Shown: one piece after another, positions 28,092 through 37,014 of the stretch
Layout of the letters: each line of letters opens with the position of its first letter
Numbering within the stretch: the stretch's first letter is position 1
From: a virus
Lineage: Duplodnaviria; Caudoviricetes
DNA length: 37,218 nucleotides
IMG/VR virus record: IMGVR_UViG_3300025018_000300
Location: 1 to 37,218 of that record
Reading direction: 5' to 3' (one strand)
Translations under genes and position numbers: made by a program
The notes under the pieces: generated by a model
The model's input: only the letters and a program-made list of their open reading frames with translations
Database searches by the model: none
Told to the model about the DNA's origin: nothing

Positions 28092-29368
28092 TATTTGTTT
28101 CTCCTGCCGTGTAGTGAGAAACTGGTGTTTATCATATCCGTACCAGCACTAACGACTAACGCGATACGATCACCAAATACTGCACTCAAGTTTGCTGTTG
28201 CAGAAGTGATAACTTGTATTGTGGTTATTGCGATATTTAATAAGCCAGTTATTGCAGTACCATTCTTTGTGACCGAATAGCTGCCACTGCCACTTGAACA
28301 ACGGGCAACCATTCGTATAAATTGTGTTTCCTCCGGTATATATTCATCAAGCACGATAATGGTTTGTGTTTGTGCGCTGGAGGGAATTGCTGCTGAATAA
28401 CTTAATAAATAAGTGCCTCTTTGAACGTAAGTAGCGGAAGCATATGCAGAAGTTACAAAAGCGCCACTTGTCCAAGCACTTGTGGCATAGGCAACGGGTG
28501 CGCGTGCTGAGACTATGATTGATTGGCTGGATGTTCTAACATCTATATTCACACCAGTTATATTGTTTATTCGCAGAAATGTTGAGTTGGCATACGCACT
28601 TGTTACGAAGCTGGCACTCGCCCAAGCACTTGTGGCATAAGCAGTTAGTTGGCCTGCGCTAACATAGCCGGGTGTATTGATGAACTGCGATAAGCTGCTC
28701 AAACTTCCTATTTGAACATATCTTGCATCACTATAAGCGGAAGTGACATATTGGCTTTGAGTAGCAGAAGTAAGGTAGTTTCCTCTTAACTGGTATGTTG
28801 CACTTGCGTAAGCACTCGTTGCATACGCTGGTGCGCTGGTAAGGTAGCCTGCATCATTGGTGAACTGGCTGACCGCACTCAAGCTGCCGATAGCCACATA
28901 CGCTGCATCCGCGCTGGACTGAGATAGAAGGCCGCTCGTGCTGGGGATGGGTGTCCCTGCGCTTAGAAACGCACTTTCAGCCCAAGCCGAGGTCGCAAAT
29001 TGTGACTGAGTAGCAGAAGTTAAATAATTGCCGATGATTTGATATTTCGCATCTGCACTACTTTCAGTTATCAATCCCGTTATGCTGGGTATGGGGGTTG
29101 CTGCTGATAGGAATACTGTTCCAGCACTCAAAAAGTTATTTGTAACCCAAGCACTTGTGGCATATTCACTTTGGGTCGCACTTGTAAGGAAATTGCTTAA
29201 ATCAGAAGTTTTGGCTAATGGTGTTCCACCTACAGTAACGCCATCGTTGGTATGTATGGTTTTGGTTGTTAGGTTGTATATTATTTCGCCCGCCGCGCCA
29301 GTAAATGTGGATATAGCAGAAGCTGTCCCGCGTCTTATTCTAACTTGAACACTTAATGCACTACTCAT
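28091..29368 (-). CDS. Mtd_N fibre protein with YATSAW / YLTSATQS repeats
   Basis: QVRIRRG...FTGAAGEI...HTNDG.TVGG. Start moved to ATG 29368 (ATGA overlap). Confidence 0.8.
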   Translation of the reverse strand: MSSALSVQVRIRRGTASAISTFTGAAGEIIYNLTTKTIHTNDGVTVGGTPLAKTSDLSNFLTSATQSEYATSAWVTNNFLSAGTVFLSAATPIPSITGLITESSADAKYQIIGNYLTSATQSQFATSAWAESAFLSAGTPIPSTSGLLSQSSADAAYVAIGSLSAVSQFTNDAGYLTSAPAYATSAYASATYQLRGNYLTSATQSQYVTSAYSDARYVQIGSLSSLSQFINTPGYVSAGQLTAYATSAWASASFVTSAYANSTFLRINNITGVNIDVRTSSQSIIVSARAPVAYATSAWTSGAFVTSAYASATYVQRGTYLLSYSAAIPSSAQTQTIIVLDEYIPEETQFIRMVARCSSGSGSYSVTKNGTAITGLLNIAITTIQVITSATANLSAVFGDRIALVVSAGTDMINTSFSLHGRRNK

Positions 29369-29631
29369 ATTACACCCCAATCAATTGCAAAAGGAGTTTC
29401 GTTAGTGGCACCCCAGTTGTATTTATAGATAAATGGGCTTTCAGTTAAACCCCAGTCCGATATTGAGAAAAGCGTATCACCTGTAGCTTTATGGTAGGGT
29501 TCTACTGTTTCTGAAAAGTTTCTTTTATCAACCATATAAGTGCGATTGCGTATATCAACAGAAGCTTCTCGTTGTCCTGCAACGGCATCAGAAACTGTAT
29601 TGGGTGCGGGTACGATTATGGTATTGCTCAT
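29365..29631 (-). CDS. small adaptor protein with three [DN]WG repeats
   Basis: C-terminus SDWGLTESPFIYKYNWGATNETPFAIDWGVI. Start reassigned to ATG 29631, 4 nt after an AATAAATA box. Confidence 0.7.
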   Translation of the reverse strand: MSNTIIVPAPNTVSDAVAGQREASVDIRNRTYMVDKRNFSETVEPYHKATGDTLFSISDWGLTESPFIYKYNWGATNETPFAIDWGVI

Positions 29632-29644
29632 ATTGTATTTATTC

Positions 29645-29677
29645 AAAACAAAAGAGGGCCAGTTACCCGGCCCCCTT
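29645..29677 (-). terminator. intrinsic terminator after major capsid gene
   Basis: AAGGGGGCCGG-GTAA-CTGGCCCTCTT then TTGTTTT on the minus strand. Confidence 0.8.
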
Positions 29678-29725
29678 GTATAATCAGCTTGTGAGCAGTC
29701 TTATTGTTTAAATAAAAACCGCTGA

Positions 29726-30646
29726 TTATGCTCCTGCTGTTCCAAACAAACAACGCCAGTCAGTTGCACCAACAGCAAATCTAACAGAACCAATGAAGTT
29801 CATCGCGAATGTGTTAAATTCGTTGTCCTGTTCGAAACGCACTGGTGCACGTTCGCAGTATGTTAATCCTTCTTCGGCATCTGTCATAACCCAGAAAGCG
29901 TCAGGGTCAGTTAGGTATGGACTCATATGAACTTCTAATACACCTTTTAGTGTATTTAGAGCGTTTGTATTAGTAATACCAGTACCACCGTTGGTTACAG
30001 TTTGAACAGAAAGATCGCTTTTTATCAATTCTTGTGCTGTCCATTGGTTTTGTGGGGCAATAATCAATTTCTTTGGCATTAGTTTAATTCTTTTGCCTCT
30101 GTCATCAACAGCCAAGCCAATGTTTGTTAGCAAGTCTTGTAGTGAAGTTTGAGCCAAATCTGCTGGTGTGTCCAACATGTTGCTTGCTGTACCACCGCCC
30201 ACTAAAGGATGGGTTGAGTTCATTATTGAAACGCCGTCTGCTGTTTTTTCAGTACTAAATGAGTTATTTAATACGTTGAAAGCTACAACTTCCTGTGTTT
30301 CTGCGATTGAACGAGCAATGTGCTTTGGTTGCTTGTTGATTTTGTCATATTGGTCGTCTTCATAAGCTTCACGGCTTACAGAAGCACCTAAAGCGTATGT
30401 AACGTTTACATATTCTTTTAGGAAACCTTCCAACATTCTATCATAGGCAACGCTTGCGCCTTCATTTTTGATTTGTGCCAAGCCCAATCCAGTTATACCC
30501 TGAACGCGCTCGTAGCTTTTCATACTCTTTTTAACTTTGAATAGTCGTCTGTGAGTTAATTCTTGTGCCTTATAGGAATCACCGAATATGGCTTCAAGTC
30601 CGGGCCATAATAGTGAGGCAAAGTTAGATGTCATTACGTTTTGCAT
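29726..30646 (-). CDS. major capsid protein
   Basis: LLWPGLEAIFGDSY, KNEG..V.YD and PYLTDPDAFW motifs; 306 aa followed by a terminator. Confidence 0.9.
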   Translation of the reverse strand: MQNVMTSNFASLLWPGLEAIFGDSYKAQELTHRRLFKVKKSMKSYERVQGITGLGLAQIKNEGASVAYDRMLEGFLKEYVNVTYALGASVSREAYEDDQYDKINKQPKHIARSIAETQEVVAFNVLNNSFSTEKTADGVSIMNSTHPLVGGGTASNMLDTPADLAQTSLQDLLTNIGLAVDDRGKRIKLMPKKLIIAPQNQWTAQELIKSDLSVQTVTNGGTGITNTNALNTLKGVLEVHMSPYLTDPDAFWVMTDAEEGLTYCERAPVRFEQDNEFNTFAMNFIGSVRFAVGATDWRCLFGTAGA

Positions 30647-30659
30647 ATTATGTTACCCC

Positions 30660-31253
30660 TTATGCCTTTCCATTTTTATACACAGTAGCATTTCCAATAA
30701 CTTCAAAAATAGTATTGGTTGTATCTGCTACAGTTTGAGATACGCCAACTACTCTAAATGGAGCGTCTGCGGAAAGTGTGCCTGTGAATGTTAATCTTGC
30801 GGTTGATGCGCCTAAACGATTATCTACATCAGTAGCTGCGGTAAAGACAACATTGGCGTTTGTACCAATGTATCTTGCGGCGCTTGTTGGTGTTATTGCG
30901 TCTAAGTCGCTTGCTACTCGATATACAATTTCACTTTGTACAAATACATCGAATAGGTCGGTTGTGTTTGCGGTTGTTGAGATTGATCCAGAACCAGAAA
31001 AAGCGTCTTTTGGTCTACCATTTGCATTTAGAACATTAGCTACAACACCTAAGTAAGTGCCAGAAGCTGCTGAAATGTCTGCGGTAAGTAGTTTTTCTAC
31101 GGTTCCGTTTACCAATCTTACGGGATCACCAACCGCAATACGAGCGTCGTCGCCTGTAGCAGCACTCTTGGCGAAACGAACGGTAGCTGTTGCTCCGGTG
31201 CCATCAAGTGTTCTAACAGGAACAAAGCCAAATGCTTGTGCTGAGTTAGCCAT
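30660..31253 (-). CDS. capsid cement/decoration protein
   Basis: MAN...FGFVPVR, IAVGDPVRL; located directly before the capsid gene. Confidence 0.65.
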   Translation of the reverse strand: MANSAQAFGFVPVRTLDGTGATATVRFAKSAATGDDARIAVGDPVRLVNGTVEKLLTADISAASGTYLGVVANVLNANGRPKDAFSGSGSISTTANTTDLFDVFVQSEIVYRVASDLDAITPTSAARYIGTNANVVFTAATDVDNRLGASTARLTFTGTLSADAPFRVVGVSQTVADTTNTIFEVIGNATVYKNGKA

Positions 31254-31275
31254 TTATGTTCTCCTTGTTATAAGA

Positions 31276-31722
31276 TTAAGTTATTTTCATTCTACCATAT
31301 ACTTTGCCACCATCTGAATGAATAGCATTTTCTGCGGTAGTTTTTATCGCCGTAATCATCTCATCACCAATACTCTTATAATAATTCCGTCTTGCTTCGG
31401 CGTTTTCATTTGGTGTTCTTATAAGAATAAACTCTCTCGATTTAATGGTAGTATCAGTTTGTGCGCCATTATCAATTCCGTTAGCTCTAATGCTTTTTAC
31501 GGAATCGGTTTTGGAGTCTACAACTTCCCAACCTTCTTCTTCGTATCTTTGTATATTGCTCTCATCACGCTTTGCCCATTTATAGGCATAATTTGGGTCT
31601 TTGTTTTTAAGTTCTAAAATGTTTGCGGGCTTCCATTTGGTATTGCCCTTCTTTGTTACTGTTGTGGGTGCAACTTCACGTGCGCCTTCATCTTCAAATA
31701 ACTCATCAACTTTTTTAACCAT
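31276..31722 (-). CDS. conserved head-module protein
   Basis: PNYAYKW...EEGWEVV...LIRTP...RRNYY; lies between scaffold and cement. Confidence 0.65.
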   Translation of the reverse strand: MVKKVDELFEDEGAREVAPTTVTKKGNTKWKPANILELKNKDPNYAYKWAKRDESNIQRYEEEGWEVVDSKTDSVKSIRANGIDNGAQTDTTIKSREFILIRTPNENAEARRNYYKSIGDEMITAIKTTAENAIHSDGGKVYGRMKIT

Positions 31723-32726
31723 TAGCTCATCCTTCCAATCTTTTGAAGCTGTAGTGCGTATCTCTTAATCGCTGCGTCCTTATCCAAGTCAGGAAATAGC
31801 ATTGTTGCTACTCTTGCCTGATCCTGTGTTAAACGAACACGATTAGAGTTTCCGCCGGTTGTACGGTCTCCCGTCATAACCTCACTTGGCTCCTGTCTTT
31901 TATTTATATTATCTCGTTGTGGTTCGTCATTCTTAATCGCTTTTGGTGTTATTGCGAATGTTTTACCCAAGCGATGCAGTTCTTCGTCTATCTTTTGTGC
32001 AATTGCTCTTAATTCAACGCCGGGGTTTTGTGCCCAATATTCTGCGCCACTTTTTAGAGCGGCTGCTTTTATGTTGTCATTTACGGCATATGGATGGTTA
32101 TCAAAAAACTCCATAACCTTTTCCTGTTGTGCTGGACTCAGCATTTGAACAAACTTAGCTTCAACAGGTGTGTCTGCGTCCAATATTCTCTGAGTGGCTT
32201 TGCTTATGGGTTCTACTTCCAGTTCTTTGGATTCCAGTTTAAGCTGTTCTCTGAGTTTAACATTAGCAGCTTCGTAATCGCCTTTTCTCTGTGCGTCAGT
32301 TATTTCACGCTGTAGAGTGGTAAGTTGTGATTGACGTTCTTTTTCAGCTTTTTCGCGTTCAATAGCTTCTAATTTTTCCGCAAGTGCTTTATTTTGTGCT
32401 GTCAGTTCTTTTAGGTTGTTATCGCTGGCTTTGAGTTGTCCATATACTCTGTTGAAACGTGCTTGAACCTCGGGTTCAAATTCCACGTAATCATAGCCGG
32501 GCTTTTCAGTTTTCTTTTGTTCTGGCTTTTCTGTGTTTTCTTGTGGTTTGGCTTTTGCTTCAAACCATTCTTTGCTTCCAGTGTCAGGGGCTTCTGTGGG
32601 TTCTTGGCGCTCTGCGGGCTTGAAACTGCTTTCTGGTTTTTCTGTTGACTCTGTGGATTGATTAGCTTCGGTCGTTCCAAACTCTATATCAATCGTGCCA
32701 TCTTTGTTTATTTCTAAATCACTCAT
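31722..32726 (-). CDS. capsid scaffolding protein
   Basis: Acidic N-terminus, coiled coil, VQARFNRV, C-terminal VRLTQDQ...YA. Confidence 0.75.
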   Translation of the reverse strand: MSDLEINKDGTIDIEFGTTEANQSTESTEKPESSFKPAERQEPTEAPDTGSKEWFEAKAKPQENTEKPEQKKTEKPGYDYVEFEPEVQARFNRVYGQLKASDNNLKELTAQNKALAEKLEAIEREKAEKERQSQLTTLQREITDAQRKGDYEAANVKLREQLKLESKELEVEPISKATQRILDADTPVEAKFVQMLSPAQQEKVMEFFDNHPYAVNDNIKAAALKSGAEYWAQNPGVELRAIAQKIDEELHRLGKTFAITPKAIKNDEPQRDNINKRQEPSEVMTGDRTTGGNSNRVRLTQDQARVATMLFPDLDKDAAIKRYALQLQKIGRMS

Positions 32727-33037
32727 TATTTAACTCTCACCAATAAATCTTCATCTTGTACAATATAATATTCGTGGCCTTCGCGTTCTATCCAGGCCCC
32801 CGAAAAATTTCCGAACATAACTGTTTCGCCAAGTTCCACATTTTGTGCTGTGGGACCAATACCAACTACCAAGCCTTCATTTCTGGCGTTTCTACGGGCG
32901 ATTTCTTCGGGTATTATTAACCCGCCTTTGCTCTTCATATCTTCTCGTTGCAATACAACTCTCGCAAATTTCGGTGTAAAAGGGCAATCACTATATAAGG
33001 TTGCGCCATCTACGGTTATTGTTTCTCGTTCATTCAT
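32726..33037 (-). CDS. groES: GroES-like co-chaperonin
   Basis: P.FARVVL, KSKGGLIIPE, GLVVGIGP and Y.IVQDEDLL. Start moved to ATG 33037 behind GGAG. Confidence 0.85.
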   Translation of the reverse strand: MNERETITVDGATLYSDCPFTPKFARVVLQREDMKSKGGLIIPEEIARRNARNEGLVVGIGPTAQNVELGETVMFGNFSGAWIEREGHEYYIVQDEDLLVRVK

Positions 33038-33275
33038 TTTTTTCTCCATCAATTAATTTCTTTCCGTCATAATAATCATTCCAATAGTCCATACTGGTTA
33101 GAATGTATGTGGTGTTGGGACCAAATACACGGGTTATTAATTCAGGATTACGGGAAAAAAAGTTTATGACTTCCAAAACAATGCGGGGGTCATCTGCCGC
33201 AAGTTCTGTAATGCGATTATGTAGAAACTTATTAAGTCTACACAGTTCCGCCCTGTTGGGTGCTGTTTTGCTCAT
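33030..33275 (-). CDS. hypothetical protein
   Basis: Fills the gap between the 523-aa gene and groES; start uncertain. Confidence 0.5.
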   Translation of the reverse strand: MSKTAPNRAELCRLNKFLHNRITELAADDPRIVLEVINFFSRNPELITRVFGPNTTYILTSMDYWNDYYDGKKLIDGEKNE

Positions 33276-34809
33276 CTTGTTCTCTCTCACGTAGCCCTAC
33301 AATTAAGCCACTAACTCTATTTATGCTATCCCATAGGATTTCAGTTATATACTGCTTTAATGAGATAGATTTGCTTATGCCAAGTCTGTATTTTTTAGCG
33401 CCAGCATATTCTTTTGACCAATAAGAGAATGTATTCGCAATAAAATTGCTCTTTGAAAATAGTGTGCTTACTGGCTTTGACCAAGCAACATACCCCTTAT
33501 AGTCTTGTGGGGTTTGTAGCCGCTCGTGATAACGATAAATTACTAACAAATCTCGTTTGTCGGCTTTTTTCAATCTATAAAGTGTGGAGTATATCCAACA
33601 ACCGCCTCTACTGGATGAATTGGAGCTGCCGCCGCTACGATCACCCAAATCAGGCAAGCCAAAACTGCTGGCGTCTTGTGGTGAATAGTTTCTATCTGCG
33701 GGCGCATTAGCACGACTACCAAAGCTGCCTTCAACATCTCGTTGATTATCAATACCGGAACGGTCTGAGTTGCCACCGGAACCCGATATGGCGCTGCCAT
33801 CGTCACGTAGGGCTCGGCCCTGATCGTCTCGGGCGTAGCTGTCTGGTGTTCTTGTGACGGGCGCTGCGGGAGCGGCAGTCTGTGCAGGTTGTGCAGTGTT
33901 ATACGCGCCGGGGTTGGCTGCTATGAGGCTCTCAGGAGTGGTACGAGGCGTGCCAGTCTGTGCAGTGCCTATAGAGGGTACGCCGCCACTAAAAGCGCCC
34001 CCCAGTGCTCTACCAGCTACCATACCCAATGCGCCGCCGACGGGGCCGCCCACCGCGCCGCCAAAGCCGGACAGTAAGCCACTGGCTATGTCACGGGCAG
34101 TAAACTCGCCTAAGCCGGGTATATCTACAATGGTATCATCAGTTGAGGTTGCAGTTTGTGGATTAGCTGCGGTGCGTTCACGAGCCGTATCATTATATAT
34201 GCTGTCTAAGCCGGGGCCAAGTGCTGTATCACCGTAGATATCATTAAAGTAATCCGCTTGGTTATATGGATTGGTTGAAAAGTCTTTTCCGTAGAAACCT
34301 CGTTGTGTATCTGCTAATCCGAATGGTGAGTTTGTTACGGCGCCACCGCCTACGTCATAATCACCGTATCGTTGGTTTGTAGCTGCAACTGGTTGACTGA
34401 AAGGATCACGATCACGCCCGCCTGAATTATCACTACCGCCCTGTAGGGCTTGAACGGTTTGTGCTACTTGTTGTGGTTGAACGACTGGTTGTCTTACTTG
34501 CCCACCAAGAGCAGTGAATACTGATTGTGGGTCATTGCCCTGAATGCCAAGCACATTTCTCAAGTAAAGTTCTTCAATGGGTGCGAGTGCTGTATAATAG
34601 TCGTTTAGGCTTTTTGTTTGTGGATTATAAAGGCTACGCGCCGCAAGGCTGCGATAATACTGTTCAACAGGATCAGTTCTAAAAGCGCCATCCTGCCCAT
34701 TAAGAGCGGAGTTAGCAATAAGTGTTCTAATCTGCAACTCGGTTAGGTTAGGGTCATTAAGTATGTTAACTGGTCTTGCCACTTCACCGGGTAATATGTA
34801 ATCAACCAT
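33238..34809 (-). CDS. hypothetical low-complexity virion-associated protein
   Basis: 523 aa, Gly-rich hydrophobic segment, C-terminal GGCWI...GY.AW..P domain. Confidence 0.7.
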   Translation of the reverse strand: MVDYILPGEVARPVNILNDPNLTELQIRTLIANSALNGQDGAFRTDPVEQYYRSLAARSLYNPQTKSLNDYYTALAPIEELYLRNVLGIQGNDPQSVFTALGGQVRQPVVQPQQVAQTVQALQGGSDNSGGRDRDPFSQPVAATNQRYGDYDVGGGAVTNSPFGLADTQRGFYGKDFSTNPYNQADYFNDIYGDTALGPGLDSIYNDTARERTAANPQTATSTDDTIVDIPGLGEFTARDIASGLLSGFGGAVGGPVGGALGMVAGRALGGAFSGGVPSIGTAQTGTPRTTPESLIAANPGAYNTAQPAQTAAPAAPVTRTPDSYARDDQGRALRDDGSAISGSGGNSDRSGIDNQRDVEGSFGSRANAPADRNYSPQDASSFGLPDLGDRSGGSSNSSSRGGCWIYSTLYRLKKADKRDLLVIYRYHERLQTPQDYKGYVAWSKPVSTLFSKSNFIANTFSYWSKEYAGAKKYRLGISKSISLKQYITEILWDSINRVSGLIVGLREREQDEQNSTQQGGTV

Positions 34810-35020
34810 CGTTTTCGTCCTTTATAATATCCTTTAGTTTATTTATGGGATTTGCTATCTCGCGGATAACATTATGCGCGCCTTTAAGTTGATACAATTC
34901 TTCCAGAGTGGAAATAGATTGAATACGCTTGTTAGCGTCATATAATCTGTCAAACTCTAATAAGATTGTTCTCGTGACGACGTCATCTAACCATTCTTTT
35001 ATCTGTGTTCGGGTTATCAT
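34802..35020 (-). CDS. hypothetical protein downstream of portal
   Basis: 72 aa, ATGA overlap with portal. Confidence 0.65.
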   Translation of the reverse strand: MITRTQIKEWLDDVVTRTILLEFDRLYDANKRIQSISTLEELYQLKGAHNVIREIANPINKLKDIIKDENDG

Positions 35021-36990
35021 TGCGGCGCTCCCTGTGGTGCTCCCGGAGGTGCCATCACTGGTCCAGTGGGTGCGGCTGCGCTGCCACCACCCAGTGCAGC
35101 TAACAGTTCAGGCGGTATGCCGGCTGGTGTGCTCTCTGGGCCTGCTGGGGCTTGTGTGGCCGCTGCTGCGCTTTGTGTGGGAGGCAACAACTCGTCTATG
35201 TTGGGCACTTCATAGGCTGCAAGAAGCATTCTATAAGCACGGTCAATGTATTCTGGGTTTTGTTGTAACAAGGGATTATTCATAAGCACTTCAAATAGTC
35301 TCTGTGCTTTATCTTCTCGTTGTTTGTCAGTTGCCAGTTTAGGATCAGCAATAACGGTCATATCCATATCTATTTGATAATCCAGTGGGCTAACGGTTTG
35401 ACTTTTTAATTCATCACCGTCTAATACAGCCCAATATTCTTCCGAGTTTAAGTTTTCGCCAATAAGTTTGTAGATAGCGCCTAATTCTTCTGTTAATGCG
35501 TCTGTGACATTCACCATAGCTGCGGTAAATGGTTGTAATCCTTGTTCTATTAAGTTAAGGAAAGTAGTAGGCTGTATAACTTTCTCAGTTGTACCGGTAA
35601 CAGCCTCAGTAAGCATACCCAAGCGATCGGTTCTTGCAACTACTGCTTGAAATAGCTGTATAAGCGCAGGGTTTGGTCCCGCAAACTGGTGTTGATAAAT
35701 ACCCTTTCGAATATCATCCACAGCCGCATTAACAGTTAAAAACTCTCCAAGTCTCAATCGTGTTTCACCTTTTGGTATGCCTACTCGTTCGTCAACATAA
35801 CCAGAAGGTATGTTGGATAATGTACCCGCATCAATGGATTGACGTAACATTCTATTTACAGAGCGATTTGTTTCACCAAGCAGTGTACCCATTCCCTCGC
35901 CATAAAAGCCATTGGGATTGGTTTGATAAAAGAAGTGCGTAAAATATTCTATGGGTTCGTAATCTTCGGGTTCACCGAATTCGGGATTATCCGCCATAAT
36001 GCCTTGGGTTATTGTGGGGTCAAAAGTAGAGGGTGCGGAACTGATTGTGGTTTTTTGTTTGTTGACACGGTATCTTGCAGCTATTCGAACTATCTTACTG
36101 GTAGCTGGCGCAATCCAAACTATAACTGGTATTTCCATTCCATCATCGTTCAAATCTAAAAATGTGTGACATTCCCAGATTTCAATATAACCATTTAAGT
36201 TTCTACCTTTTGCTTGATCCATCTTTTGATTAGAGTTCTGTTGGCTGGTTACGGGGTCTGGATTAGCTGTGTCTTGTGGTTCTGGCTTAAGCAGTTCTGT
36301 AAAGAATCCATTGGTGAATTGTCTGCGGGCTCTTGATTGTGTAATCCAATAACGGTGTGTTTTACGGTCAAGCTCTGAAATATGACAGGGTTGAGTGCCC
36401 TGCGGAATAATCATATCCTTGGGTTCAATATTCACCACCTCCACATTATTAGAAAGAGTGTTAAAGAAACGCTTTCTAAAGAATGAGCCGTAAAGTGGAA
36501 GGCTTTTAAGCATTTGTTTTAAGCGCGTTTTATAACTCTTATCCTTAATCATAAGGCAGTAGTTCATATGTTTTTCAACTCTTTTAGCTGCATCTAAGTC
36601 TGCTTGCGTGATATTACCAAATGGTCTGGAACGTATAAATTCACTTTGATTGAACAGTGTTTGAATTGCTCGATTACTGAATTGGTTTACTGCTTCGGTT
36701 AGAATAGGAACGTGGTCTTTTGATGCACCAAGGAAGGGTTCTTGAGTAGCATTATAGTCTTCTTGATTGTAGACTGCTAACCAAGATCCAAGTTTAGCTA
36801 ACCAATCCTGTCTTGAGTTGTCATCTTCTCGTATTTGATCCATTAGAGTGCCAGTGATTGTACCAAGGCGGTCGGTTGACAGTATTCGTGCTAAGTTTTT
36901 AAGTTGTGGATTTGTAATCTCGTAGTCTGGTATGCTTTCACCTGAGACGGCGTCTGTATCCAACTCTACTTCAATGTATTCTTCATCCAT
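35017..36990 (-). CDS. portal protein
   Basis: SRQDW, PFLGAS..HVPILTEA, LPLYGSFFRK, GFYGEG and DAGTLSN..SG motifs. Confidence 0.9.
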   Translation of the reverse strand: MDEEYIEVELDTDAVSGESIPDYEITNPQLKNLARILSTDRLGTITGTLMDQIREDDNSRQDWLAKLGSWLAVYNQEDYNATQEPFLGASKDHVPILTEAVNQFSNRAIQTLFNQSEFIRSRPFGNITQADLDAAKRVEKHMNYCLMIKDKSYKTRLKQMLKSLPLYGSFFRKRFFNTLSNNVEVVNIEPKDMIIPQGTQPCHISELDRKTHRYWITQSRARRQFTNGFFTELLKPEPQDTANPDPVTSQQNSNQKMDQAKGRNLNGYIEIWECHTFLDLNDDGMEIPVIVWIAPATSKIVRIAARYRVNKQKTTISSAPSTFDPTITQGIMADNPEFGEPEDYEPIEYFTHFFYQTNPNGFYGEGMGTLLGETNRSVNRMLRQSIDAGTLSNIPSGYVDERVGIPKGETRLRLGEFLTVNAAVDDIRKGIYQHQFAGPNPALIQLFQAVVARTDRLGMLTEAVTGTTEKVIQPTTFLNLIEQGLQPFTAAMVNVTDALTEELGAIYKLIGENLNSEEYWAVLDGDELKSQTVSPLDYQIDMDMTVIADPKLATDKQREDKAQRLFEVLMNNPLLQQNPEYIDRAYRMLLAAYEVPNIDELLPPTQSAAAATQAPAGPESTPAGIPPELLAALGGGSAAAPTGPVMAPPGAPQGAPQ

Positions 36991-37014
36991 AATATTCCTT
37001 TGGTTGTTTCTTTT

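Noticed and set aside
21459-29368. Diversity-generating retroelement suggested by Mtd_N domains
   Set aside because: No reverse transcriptase or Avd-like ORF was recognised, and no TR/VR pair differing at adenines was seen. The C-termini are beta-helices, not C-type lectin folds.
29707-29714. TTTAAATA on + strand as an antisense capsid promoter
   Set aside because: Weaker match in an AT-rich gap with no downstream gene; likely chance.
10514-36159. Many + strand ORFs of 60-175 aa within the structural arm
   Set aside because: Antisense shadows of long minus-strand genes with no recognisable motifs.
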